From Sphyrna mokarran (Eukaryota), in assembly GCA_024679065.1 (NCBI GenBank), contig JAGIQG010000013.1:84568001-84632000 (forward strand): a DNA stretch of 64,000 nt. The letters are read 5' to 3'. The notes below the pieces were generated by a model, which was not told the DNA's origin, did no database searches, and saw only the letters and a list, made by a program, of their open reading frames with translations. Shown one piece after another: positions 51,590 through 62,995 of the stretch (position 1 is the stretch's first letter; each line of letters begins with the position of its first letter). The position numbers and the translations under genes are program-made.

Positions 51590-52830
51590 CCTCTCGCTCT
51601 CTCTCTCTGTCCCATTCTGTCCATCTCGCTCTCTCTCTCTCTGTNNNNNNNNNNNNNNNNNNNNNNNNNNNNNNNNNNNNNNNNNNNNNNNNNNNNNNNN
51701 NNNNNNNNNNNNNNNNNNNNNNNNNNNNNNNNNNNNNNNNNNNNNNNNNNNNNNNNNNNNNNNNNNNNNNNNNNNNNNNNNNNNNNNNNNNNNNNNNNNN
51801 NNNNNNNNNNNNNNNNNNNNNNNNNNNNNNNNNNNNNNNNNNNNNNNNNNNNNNNNNNNNNNNNNNNNNNNNNNNNNNNNNNNNNNNNNNNNNNNNNNNN
51901 NNNNNNNNNNNNNNNNNNNNNNNNNNNNNNNNNNNNNNNNNNNNNNNNNNNNNNNNNNNNNNNNNNNNNNNNNNNNNNNNNNNNNNNNNNNNNNNNNNNN
52001 NNNNNNNNNNNNNNNNNNNNNNNNNNNNNNNNNNNNNNNNNNNNNNNNNNNNNNNNNNNNNNNNTCTCTCTCTGTCCATTCTCTCTCTCTCTCTCTCTGT
52101 CCCATTCTGTCCATCCTCTCTCTCTCTCTCTGTCCCATCTCTGTCCCATCTGTCCATCTCTCTCTGTCCCATTCTGTCATCTCTCTCTCTCTGTCCCATT
52201 CTGTCCATCTCTCTCTCTCTGTCCATTCTGTCCATCTCTCTCTCTCTGTCCCATTCTGTCCATCTCTCTCTCTCTGTCCCATTCTGTCCATCTCTCTCTC
52301 TCTGTCCCATTCTGTCTCATCTGTCCATCTCTCTCTCTCTGTCCCATCTGTCCATCTCTCTCTCTGTCCCATTCTCTGTCCATCTGTCCATCTCTCTCTC
52401 TCTCTGTCCCATCTNNNNNNNNNNNNNNNNNNNNNNNNNNNNNNNNNNNNNNNNNNNNNNNNNNNNNNNNNNNNNNNNNNNNNNNNNNNNNNNNNNNNNN
52501 NNNNNNNNNNNNNNNNNNNNNNNNNNNNNNNNNNNNNNNNNNNNNNNNNNNNNNNNNNNNNNNNNNNNNNNNNNNNNNNNNNNNNNNNNNNNNNNNNNNN
52601 NNNNNNNATTCCATCCGTCTCTCTCCCTCTCTCTTTCTATCTGATTGTCTTTCCCTCACTTTGTCTGTTTGTCTATCCCTGTTTTAGTCTCTCCCCTTCC
52701 CTCTCTCCCTGATCTCTCTCTGTTCCAGTCTTTCTATCTCCCTCGCTCCCCCCTCCGTCTCAGTCTCGCTCCCCCCTCCGTGTCTCCCTCTTTCTTTATC
52801 TCTTTCATTGTGTGTGTGTCCTCCTCCCCC
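51590..52830. repeat. (CT)n/ctgtcccatt simple repeat with two N gaps
   Basis: Direct composition. Confidence 0.9.
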
Positions 52831-52917
52831 TCTCCCTTTCTCAGTGTATTCTTTTCAAATGCTCATTGAATCTAATCTTATTATTGGCCACATGTCCCTG
52901 TAATTTGCCTCAGGCAT

Positions 52918-54008
52918 GGAGATGCCGGTGTTGGACTGGGGTGAACACGGTAAGGAGTCTCACAACACCAGGTTAAAGTCCAATACGTTTCTTAGGTAGC
53001 AAACGCCACTAGCTTTTGGAACGCTGCTCCTTCATCAGGGCAGATAAAAACAGAAACTCAATTTACAAAATAATGGTTGAAATGCGAGTCTTTACAGGTA
53101 ATCAAGTCTTAAAGGTACAGATAATGCGAATGGAGAGAGAGTGTTAAGCACAGGTTAAAGAGATGTGTATTGTCTTCAGACAGCACAGTAAGTGAGGTTG
53201 TTTATTAACCCAGGCAAGTCATGGGGGTTACAGATAGTGTGACATGAAACCAAGATCCCGGTTGAGACCGTCCTCATGTGTGCGGAACTTGGCTATCAGT
53301 CTCTGCTCAGCGACTCTGCGCTGTCGTGTGTCACGAAGGCCCCCTTGAAGAACATTTACTCGAAGATCAGTGGTTGAATGCCTGCGACCGCTGAAGTGTT
53401 CGCCAACAGGAAAGGAGTAGTCTTGCCTGGTGATTGTCGAGCGATGTTCATTCATCCATTGTCGTAGTGTCTGCACAGTCTCCCCAATGTACCATGCCTC
53501 AGGATATCCATTCCTGCAGCGTATCAGGTAGACAATGTTGGCCGAGTTGCTTGAGTATGTGCCATGTACCTGGTGGATGGTGTTCTCACGCGGAATGATG
53601 GTATCCATGTCGATGATCCGGCATGTCTTGCAGAGGTTGCTGTGGCAGAGTTGTGTGGTGTCGTGGTCACTGTTCTTCTGAAGGCTGGGTAGTTTGCTGT
53701 GGACAATTTCTGCTTGAGGTTGTGCGGTTGTTTGAAGGCAAGAAGTGGTGGTGTGGGGATGGCCCTGGTGAGATATTCGTCATCAATGACATGTTGAAGA
53801 CTCCGGAGAAGATGTTGTAGCTTCTCCGCTCCAGGGAAGTACTGGAAAGGTGAAGGGTACTCTGTTCTCTGTGTCCTGTGTTTGTCTTCTGAGGGAGGTC
53901 GATGCGGGTTTTCGCTGTGGTGCATCGGAACTGTCAATCGGTGAGTCAAACGCCATATCTTGTTCTTATGAGGGCATCTTTTAGTGTCTGGAAGTGTCTG
54001 TTGCGATC
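52918..54008 (-). mobile_element. Penelope 3' part (GIY-YIG + LTR), inverted partner of the adjacent copy
   Basis: NIVYLIRCRNGYPEAWYIGET...GLNRDLG; LTR hammerhead decayed (GAAA to AAAA). Confidence 0.92.
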
Positions 54009-56460
54009 TACAAGAACACGCTACTATCTACGTGTACACCAAGAACAGAAAACTTGAGAAACTTGACATCACCAGCAGCAGCAACCAAGCCTCCTGAGAT
54101 ATCACACTGAAAACAGTACCACTGCAGGGAAGTCCATCGTTAACTTGTCAGACTATACATTTCAACCAGATGAAATCAAAGTTCTCAGCTGAGGGCTCAA
54201 TTTCTGCCCCACCATCAAAACAGACCTCATCAGTCTCGCAGCAGACGCAGAGGAATTCATCAGGTGAATGAGGCTGTGGGAGTTTTTCCACAAACCCCAA
54301 GAGGCCAACAGCGAACACAATGAAACAGCCAATGAAGCAGAACGGCCGACAGAGAAATCTACAGTGCAGCAACCAAAGAGGAAAGAGTCCAATTGGACTC
54401 CTCCGGAAGGCTACTGCCCTTGACTTGACGTATGCCCAAGCCATTAGGACATGTGTCAATACCAGATTCATCAACCACACTTACAAGACAGCCCTGAGCA
54501 TCACCAAAGCACCACGCAACATCATCCGTGCTCTCGAGACGAACCGCAACATTGTCATCAAACCAGCAGACAAAGGAAGGGCCATCGTCATACTGAACAG
54601 AATAGATTACTGCAAAGAAGTGTACCGACAACTGAACAACAAGGAACATTACAGACAGATCCGATCAAAGAACACACTTGTCAACTCAACACTCTGATCA
54701 AGACCTTTGATCCGGACCTTCAGACCATCCTCTGTGCTCTTATCCCACGTGCTCCCCACATTGGAGATCTCTACTGCCTCCCAAAAATACACAAGGCAAA
54801 CACACCTGGCCGTCCCAATGTATTGAACAATGGTACCCTGTGTGAGAACCTCTTCAGCTACGTCAAGGCCATCCTGAAACCCACTGTACAAAAAACCTCC
54901 AGCTTTTATTGTGAAACTACAGACTTCCCTCAGAAACTCAGCAGTTAAACCAGGATCACTTCTAATTGCAATGGATTTAGATAGTTTCATGGGTACAATG
55001 GGTATAGAGGGATATGGGCCAGATGTGGGCAATTGGGACTAGTTTAGGGGTTTAAAAAAAAGAGTGGCATGGACAAGTTGGGCCAAAGGGTCTGTTTCCA
55101 TGCTGTAAACCTCTCTGACTCTATTCTGGACCACAATGTCTTCACCTTCAACAACCAGTTCTTTATCCAAACACATGGAACAGCCATGGGGACCAAATTC
55201 ACACTTCAGTATGCCAACATCTTCACGCACAGGTTCGAACAAGATTCCTTCACCGCACAGGACCTTCAACTGATGCTATACATCAGATACACTGATAACA
55301 TTTTCTTCCTTTGGACTCATGGTGAGCAATCGCTGAAACAACTATATGATGACATCAACAAACTCCATTCCACCATCACACTCACCATGGACTATTCTCT
55401 AGAATCGGTTGCATTCTTGGACACACACGTCTCCATCAAGGACGGTCACCTCAGCACCTCTCTGTACCGCAAACCCACAGATAACCTCACAATGCTCCAC
55501 TTCTCCAGCTTCCACTCTACACACGTTAAAGAAACCATCCCCTATGGACAAGCCGTCCGTATCACAAGATCTGCTCAGATGAGGAGGATCGTGACAGGTA
55601 CCTCCAGAGGCTGAAAGATGCCCTCATGAGTACAGGATATGGTGCTTGCCTCATCGATCAACAGTTACATGTCACAGCAAAAAACCGCACCAACCTCCTC
55701 AGAAGACAAACACGGGACACGGTGGACAGAGTACCCTTCATCATCCAGTACTTCCCCAGAGCAGAGAAGCGACGACATCTTCTCTGGAGTCTTCAACATG
55801 TCATTGCTGAAGACGAACATCTCGCCAGGGGCATCCCACACCCTCAATTCTTGCCTTCAGACAACCGCACAACCTCAAATAGACCATTGTCCACAGCAAA
55901 CTACTCAGGCTTCAGGAGAACAGTGACCACAATACCACACAACACTGCCACAGCAACCTCTGCAAGACATGCCAGATCATCGATCATCATTTCACGTGAG
56001 AACACCATCCACCAGGTACACGGTACATGCTCTTGCAACTCGGCCAACGTTGTCTACCTGATACGCTGTAGGAATGGATATCCTGAGGCATGGCACATTC
56101 GGAAGACCATGCAGAAACTACGACAATGGATGAATGAACATCGCTCGACAATCAGCAGGCAAGACTGTTCTCTTCCTGTTGGCGAACATTTCAGCGGTCA
56201 TGGGCATTCAGCCTTTGATCTTTGGGTAAATGTTCTCCAAAGCAGCCTTCACTTCACAACAGCGCAGAGTTGCTGAGCAGAGACTGATAGCCAAGTTCCG
56301 CACACGTGAGAACGGCCTCAACTGGGATCTTGAGTTCATGTCACACTATCTGTAACCCCCCATGACTTGCAACATCTCACTAACTGTCCTGGCTGGAGAC
56401 AATACACATCTCTTTAACCTGTGCTTAACGCTCTCTCCCCTCACATTGGCTGTACCTTGA
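54009..56460 (+). mobile_element. Penelope-like element, long decayed ORF (RT + GIY-YIG), with a CR1 tail insertion at ~54965-55120
   Basis: IVIKPADKG, LYCLPKIHK, QTHGTAMG, YIRYTDNIF, SLYRKPTDN, NVVYLIRC. Confidence 0.93.
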
Positions 56461-56592
56461 GAGTGTGAGCAAGGGTGTGAACGTGAGCGAGTCTGAATGT
56501 GTGAGCGAGTGTGTGTGTGTGTGTGAGTGTACGCTTGTGTGTGTGTGTGTGTGTGTGTGCAAGCGAGTGTTATTCACTTTAATGTCACTTAC

Positions 56593-56850
56593 CAATCAGC
56601 CTGTGAGCTACCTGTATAACATTCTCTGCCACGAGGGGTGCGAATGAGCCATAACGGATATACCGTTTGACCATCCTCTCATTCGCATTGAGACTCTGGA
56701 TGAATGGTTCTGCTACTGGTTTAGTGGCCACGAACTGATTGGTGGAATAGTTGAATCGGATAAACTCTGTCCCGTCGTAGGCAGCACTCAGCTTTGTGGC
56801 TGGGGTTTGGGAATTATCAAAGGTGAGCTTTAACTGGATGATGTGTGTCC
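56593..56850 (-). CDS. Gene B: MHC membrane-distal domain exon (class I alpha2 / class II beta1-like, no Cys)
   Basis: ttttctcatccag|GG ACA CAC...ATT G|gtaagt, 258 bp, phase 1-1; GTHIIQLKLTFD...AAYDGTEFIRFNYSTNQFVATKPVAEPFIQSLNAN...AHRLI. Confidence 0.88.
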
Positions 56851-56984
56851 CTGGATGAGAAAAGCAGGGCAATTAATCTGAGTAACCATTCCGAATCCAA
56901 CAACTGCATCTGACCTTTCCCTCTGGAAACCCCCTCCCCCACAAATTCCTTCCCTTCATCGACTACGTTGGCCCACGTTTAGTT

Positions 56985-58970
56985 TGCAGATCACAGTAAG
57001 ATTGGCCGTGTGGTTAACAGTGAGACGGAATGTCTTGGGCGATAAGAATTTATAGACGGAACGGTCAAATGGGTGAATAAATGGGCGGATGGGATTTAAC
57101 CCTGAAAAGTGAGGTGACACACTTTGGAAGGAGTAATTTGACAAGGAAGAACTCAATGAATGGTAGGACACTAGGAAGATCAGTGGAGCAAAGGGATCTT
57201 GGTGTATTTGTCCACAGATCTCGGAAAGCGGAAGGCATGTTAGTCGGGTGGTGAAAAAGGGCAGATTGGACACTCGCCTTTATCAATCCAGGCACAGATT
57301 ACAAAAGCAGAGAGGTCATGTTGGAGTTGTATTGAATTTGGTGAAGCCCCACAGCTGAAGCACTGTGTGCAGTTCTGGGTCACCACATTATAGGAAGGAT
57401 GTGATTGTACTGGAGGGGGGCAGAGGAGATTCACCAGGGATGGGACGGAACATTTAAGTTATGAAGTGAGGTTGGATAGACTTGGGCTGTTTTCATTGGG
57501 ATACCAGAACACCTCATTCACCTGACAAAGGCCATAGAGCCGAAAGCTTACGAGTTCACTATCAAATAAATCGGTTGGATTTAAAACTGATGTTCTCAGT
57601 CTTTTAACTGTTTTCATTGGAGCAGGGAAGACTGAGGGATGATCTGATCGAGGTGTACAAGATTATGAGGGGCACGGACAGAGTGGATAAGGAGCAGCTG
57701 TTCCCTTTAGTTGAAGAGTCAGTCACGAGGAGGACACAGGTGAGGGGCAGGAGGTTTAGAACATAGAACATTACAGCGCAGAACAGGCCCTTCGGCCTTC
57801 GATGTTGTGCCGACCAATTAAGAAAAAGCAATGACCCTCTAACCTAAACCATTCCCTTTTCATCCATAAACCTATCTACTAACCTCTTAAACGCCACCAA
57901 ACTTGGCGCATCTACAACTGACACAGGCAAGGCATTCCATACCCTTACCACCCTCTGGGTAAAGAACCTACCTCTGACATCCGTCCTAAAACCACCACCC
58001 TTAATTTAAAGCTATGTCCCCTCGTGCTAGTTTTCTCCATCCTAGGAAAAAGGCTATCACCGTCCACCCTATCTAAACTTCTAATCATCTTATATGTTTC
58101 AATAAGGTCTCCTCTTAGCCGCCTCCTTTCTAACGAAAACAACCTCAAATCCCTCAGCCTCTCTCATAAGACCTGCCCTCCATACCAGGCAACATCCTGG
58201 TAAACCTCCTCTGTACCCTCTCCAATGCCTTCACATCTTTCTTATAATGCGGGGACCAGAACTGCACACAATACTCCAAGTGCGGCCGCACTAGAGTTTT
58301 GTACAGTTGCAACATGACGTTGCGGCTCCGAACTTCAATCCCCCTACCAATAAAAGCTAAGACTCCATATGCCTTCTTAACAACCTTATCGACTTGATTG
58401 CCAACTTTCAGGGATCTATTGACATATACACCAAGATCCCTCTGTTCGTCAACACTGTTGAGAGTCCTACCATTAGCCCTATACTCTACACCTTTGTTAT
58501 TCCTGCCAAAGTGAATTACCTCACACTTTTCCACATTAAACTCCATTTGCCACCTCTCGGCCCAGCTCTGCAACTTGTCCAAGTCTCTCTGCAAACTATA
58601 ACACCCTCTTCACTATCTACCACTCCTCCGACTTTGGTGTCATCCGCAAATTTACTAATCCATCCTTCAATACCCTCATCCAGATCATTTATAAAAATTA
58701 CAAACAGCAGTGGCCCCAAAACAGATCCCTGAGGGGGGATGTGAGAAGAAGCTTTCTACCCAGAGGGTGGTAGAATGTGCTGCCTGGGAGGGTGGAAGAG
58801 GCAGGGTGCCTCACATCCTTTAAAAAGTACCTGGAGAAGCACTTGGCACATCATCACATTTGGGGCTCTGGGCCAAGCGCTAATGGATGGGATTAGGTGG
58901 GAGACGATGTGTTTTAATGTGTCAGTGGAAACTCGATGGGCTGAAGGGCCACTTCTATACTATAAGATTT
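56985..58970. mobile_element. Nested cluster: decayed + strand CR1, interrupted by a Penelope LTR fragment (~57500-57600) and a younger - strand CR1 (~57758-58730)
   Basis: CR1 RT translations on both strands; LTR motif cctgacaaaggccatagagccgaaagctt. Confidence 0.88.
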
Positions 58971-59182
58971 GATGATTCACAATATTCAATATCCTCTATC
59001 ACCCCCCCCCCACCACCACCACCGCACCCCCCACCCTCCCAACCCGCTACCCTCTGGCCCCCTCCCAGTCGTCCTTACCCACCCACACACTCCCCCATCC
59101 CCTGGCAACTCAAGCAAACTTCCTCTCTCGGGGGCAGTGAGAGGGTGAGGAGGAGGCAGCTCTGAACACTCCCCAGACCGGG

Positions 59183-59231
59183 ATGCTCGGAAACGCCATG
59201 CTCCTACTGCTGGGACTCTTCCAGACTGCAG
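59183..59231 (+). CDS. Intact signal-peptide exon MLGNAMLLLLGLFQTA (inverted copy; probably the true gene B leader sequence)
   Basis: ATG CTC GGA AAC GCC ATG CTC CTA CTG CTG GGA CTC TTC CAG ACT GCA G|gtaagc; phase 1 joins in frame to GTHIIQ, but on the wrong strand as assembled. Confidence 0.65.
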
Positions 59232-61756
59232 GTAAGCGGTGGAGAAGGAGGGGGGCGGAGAGAGGGAGGAAGGAGTGGGGGGGGAAATGAGATGGAGAAG
59301 GAGGGGGGGGAGAGAGGGAGAAGGAGGTTGGGGAGAGAGGGGAGAAGAAGGAGGGTGGGGGGACGAGAGAGGGAGACGGAGGGGGGAGGAGAGAGGGAGG
59401 ACGGATGGTGGGGGGGAGAGAGGGAGAAGGAGGTGGGTGGTGAGAGAGGGAAAGGAGGGGGGAGGGAGAGGGAGAAGGAGGGGGGAGGAGAGAGGGAGAA
59501 GCGAGGGGGGGGGAAAGAGAGGGAGAAGGGGGGGGAGGAGAGGGGGAGGAAGAGGGGGAGGAGAGAGGAGAAGGAACGGTAGACACACACAGGGGGGCGG
59601 GGGGAGTAGAGGGGAGGGGGGGGCGAGAGGAGGGANNNNNNNNNNNNNNNNNNNNNNNNNNNNNNNNNNNNNNNNNNNNNNNNNNNNNNNNNNNNNNNNN
59701 NNNNNNNNNNNNNNNNNNNNNNNNNNNNNNNNNNNNNNNNNNNNNNNNNNNNNNNNNNNNNNNNNNNNNNNNGAGAGGGAGGGGGGGAGAGCGGGAGGGA
59801 GGGGGGGTGGGGGAGAGAGAGGGATGGGGGGGGAGAGAGGGGAGGGGGGGGATGAGATGGAGGGGGAGGAGAGAGAGGAGGGGGGGGAGAGAGAGGGAGG
59901 GGGGGGAGAGAGAGGGAGGGGGGGGAGAGAGAGGGAGGGGGGGGGAGACGAGAGAGGGAGGGGGGGAGGAGAGAGAGGGAGAGGGGGTGGGAGAGAGAGG
60001 AGGGGGGGGAGAGAGGAGGGAGGGGGGAGAGAGAGGGATGGGGGGGAGAGANNNNNNNNNNNNNNNNNNNNNNNNNNNNNNNNNNNNNNNNNNNNNNNNN
60101 NNNNNNNNNNNNNNNNNNNNNNNNNNNNNNNNNNNNNNNNNNNNNNNNNNNNNNNNNNNNNNNNNNNNNNNNNNNNNNNNNNNNNNNNNNNNNNNNNNNN
60201 NNNNNNNNNNNNNNNNNNNNNNNNNNNNNNNNNGGGGAGAGAGGGGGGGGGGAGGGGGAGGGGGGAGGGGTGGGATGGGGGGGAGGGAGGGAGGGGGGAT
60301 GTGGGGGCGGGGGGAGGATGGGGGGGAGGGGGGATGTGGGGGGGGAGCGCGGAGAAGAGGGAGGGGGGAGAGAGGGAGGGGGGGCGGAGAGACGGAGGAG
60401 GAGAGGGACGGGAGAGAGAGAGAGAGACGAGGGGAGAGAGGCGGGAGGGAGGGAGACGGCGGGAGGGAGGGAGGGAGGGGAGGGAGGAGAGGGGGGGGGT
60501 TGGCAGAGATAGGAGGGAGGGGGCCTGTGGAGAAAGGAGGGAGGTGGGGCTGTGAAAGAGAGAGGAGGAGGGGGGCTGTGGAGAGAGAGGAGGGGGGGGC
60601 TGTGAGAAGAGGAGGGAGGGGGGCTGTGAGAGAGAGGAGGGAGGGGGGCTGTGAGAGGAGGAGGGAGAGAGATGGGCGGCAGAGAGAAAGAGAAGGAAGG
60701 AGGGTGCAGAGAGAAGAAAGAGGAGGGGGGGGCGCAGAGAAGAGAAAGAGAGAGGAGGGGTGCACAAAGGACAGAGGGGGGAGCTGAGAGAGAGGAGTGG
60801 GGTCAGCATGTGTGGTGGTGGGTGGTGTGTGAGGGGGGGGGGGGGGGGGTGGGGCGTATGGGGGGTGGGTGGGGGGGTGGGGTGGGGTGTCGGAGGGGGC
60901 AGGGTGGGGGGGGGAGGGGGGAGGGGGGGGGTGGACGGGGGAGGGTGGAGGATTGGAATGGAGGTGGAGTAGGGGGGGGGTGAGGGGTGGGGGGGGGGTG
61001 AGGGGTGGGGGGTGGTGGGGTGGAAGTTATCACAAATTACCTCACACCCGCCATACCTCCATGCTCCAAAACCAAAACCCCCCACCACCCCCAAATCCCT
61101 GATCCCTTCTACACCACACACCCCCCCCCATTCACCCTACACCACCACCCAACCCCAAACCCCCCAAAAACCATCCCCCACCCCATCCCCCACTCACCAC
61201 CCTCAACCACCATCAGCACCCCCTCAACTCCCCACCACCATCCAGCACCCCAGCTCCCCCTTCCACCAACCCTAGCAACCGCCTCCTCACCATCTAATCC
61301 CATCCACCACACTTGATCCCAACTTTCCCCAAGGGGTCAACCAACACTACACCACCCCCCCAACCCCCACCCCACCACAACATGCTGACCCCCACATCCT
61401 CCCTCCCTCCCACTCCTTCCCCTATCTCCCTCCACACCTCTCCCTCTCTCCCACCCCACTCCTCTCTCACCTCTCCCCTCCCCGCACTCCTTCTCCCTCT
61501 ACCCTTCCCCCCACACTCTTCTCCCTCTCTCCCTCCCCCAACTCCTTCTCTCTCTCACTTCCCCCATCATTCTCCCATCTCTCCCTCCCCCACTCTTCTC
61601 CCTCTCTCCCTCCCCCCAACTCCTTCTCCCTCTCTCCCTCCCCCCACTCCTTCTCCCTCTATCCCTCCCCCCCACTCCTTTCCTCTCTCCCTCCCCCCCC
61701 CCGCCTTATCCCTGTCTCTCTCTCCTCCCCCCCCCCCCCCCTTCTCCACCGCTAAC

Positions 61757-61804
61757 CTGCAGTCTGGAAGAGTCCCAGCAGTAAGGAGCATGGCGTTCGA
61801 GCAT
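61757..61804 (-). CDS. Gene B leader exon in the correct orientation, frameshifted as assembled
   Basis: Reverse-complement copy of 59183-59231 with small indels and a gttagc donor; surrounded by error-prone homopolymer sequence. Confidence 0.6.
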
Positions 61805-61953
61805 CCCGGTCTGGGGGAGTTGTTCAGAGCTTGCCTCCTCCCTAACCCTCTCACTGCCCCCGAGCCAGAGGAAGTTTGCTTTGAGTCGAGAAAATGCACC
61901 TTTCCTTACTCGCTGCTTCCTGCTTCTGCTTCCAGCTGCGATCTTTCAGAGGG

Positions 61954-62051
61954 ATGAGATTTCATCCCAATTACAGCCGGCGCTGTGCACAGAGTCACTC
62001 CTCCTCCTCCTTCCTCCTCATCACAACGGGAACAGGCGCACCCAGCAACCG
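61954..62051 (+). other. Candidate leader exon of a third, divergently transcribed gene
   Basis: gggATGaga..., (ctc)n Leu-coding run then FLLITTGTGAPSN, strong donor cg|gtgagt followed by a G-rich intron like that of the gene B leader; frame ambiguous. Confidence 0.4.
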
Positions 62052-62052
62052 G

Positions 62053-62930
62053 TGAGTGAAGGATGGGAGGAGGGAGAGGGAGAGGGAGAGGAGAGAGGGG
62101 AGAGGGAGAACGGGCAGGGGAGGGGGGGGAGGCGGGAGGAGGGGGAGGGGAGGGGGGAGGGGGAGGGGGGGTGGAGGAGGGGGGAGGGGGGGGGATTTTT
62201 GAGGGAGGGGGGGGAGGGGGGGGGGGAGGGGGGGGAGGGGGGGGGAGGGGGGGGGAGGGGGGGGGGGAGGGGGGGGGGTCCGTGAGACGGGCGGGGGGAG
62301 AGTGGAGAGCGGGATGAAAAAAGGGGAGGGGTAAGGAGGGGAGGGGGGAGGGGTTAAGGAGGGGAGAGGGGGGAGGGAGTTAAGGAGGGGGGGGTAAGGA
62401 CGGGGGGGAAGGAGGGGGGGGGGGGAAGAAGGAGGGGGGGGGGAGGGAGGGAGGGGGGGGGCGGGAGGGAGGGGGGGGGGAGGAGGGAGGGGGGNNNNNN
62501 NNNNNNNNNNNNNNNNNNNNNNNNNNNNNNNNNNNNNNNNNNNNNNNNNNNNNNNNNNNNNNNNNNNNNNNNNNNNNNNNNNNNNNNNNNNNNNNNNNNN
62601 NNNNNNNNNNNNNNNNNNNNNNNNNNNNNNNNNNGGGGGAGGGGAGGGAGGGGGGGGGGAGGGAGGGGGGGGAGGGGAGGGATGGGGCGGGTGAGGAGTG
62701 AGTGGGGGAGGGGAGGGGGGGGGAGGGGAGGGGGGGGGAGGAGGTGGGGGGGGGGGGGAGGGGGGGGGCCGGGAGGGGGGAGGGGATGGAGGGGGGAGGG
62801 GAGGGAGGGGGGGGGGAGGGAGGGGGGGGTAATGCCTTTTTAATACAAACGATTAGTGGGGGGGGGGGGGGAGGGGGGGGCCGGGGGGGTTGGGGTAGGG
62901 GCGGGGGGGGGGGGTGGCCGGGGGGGGGCT

Positions 62931-62995
<65 letters not shown>

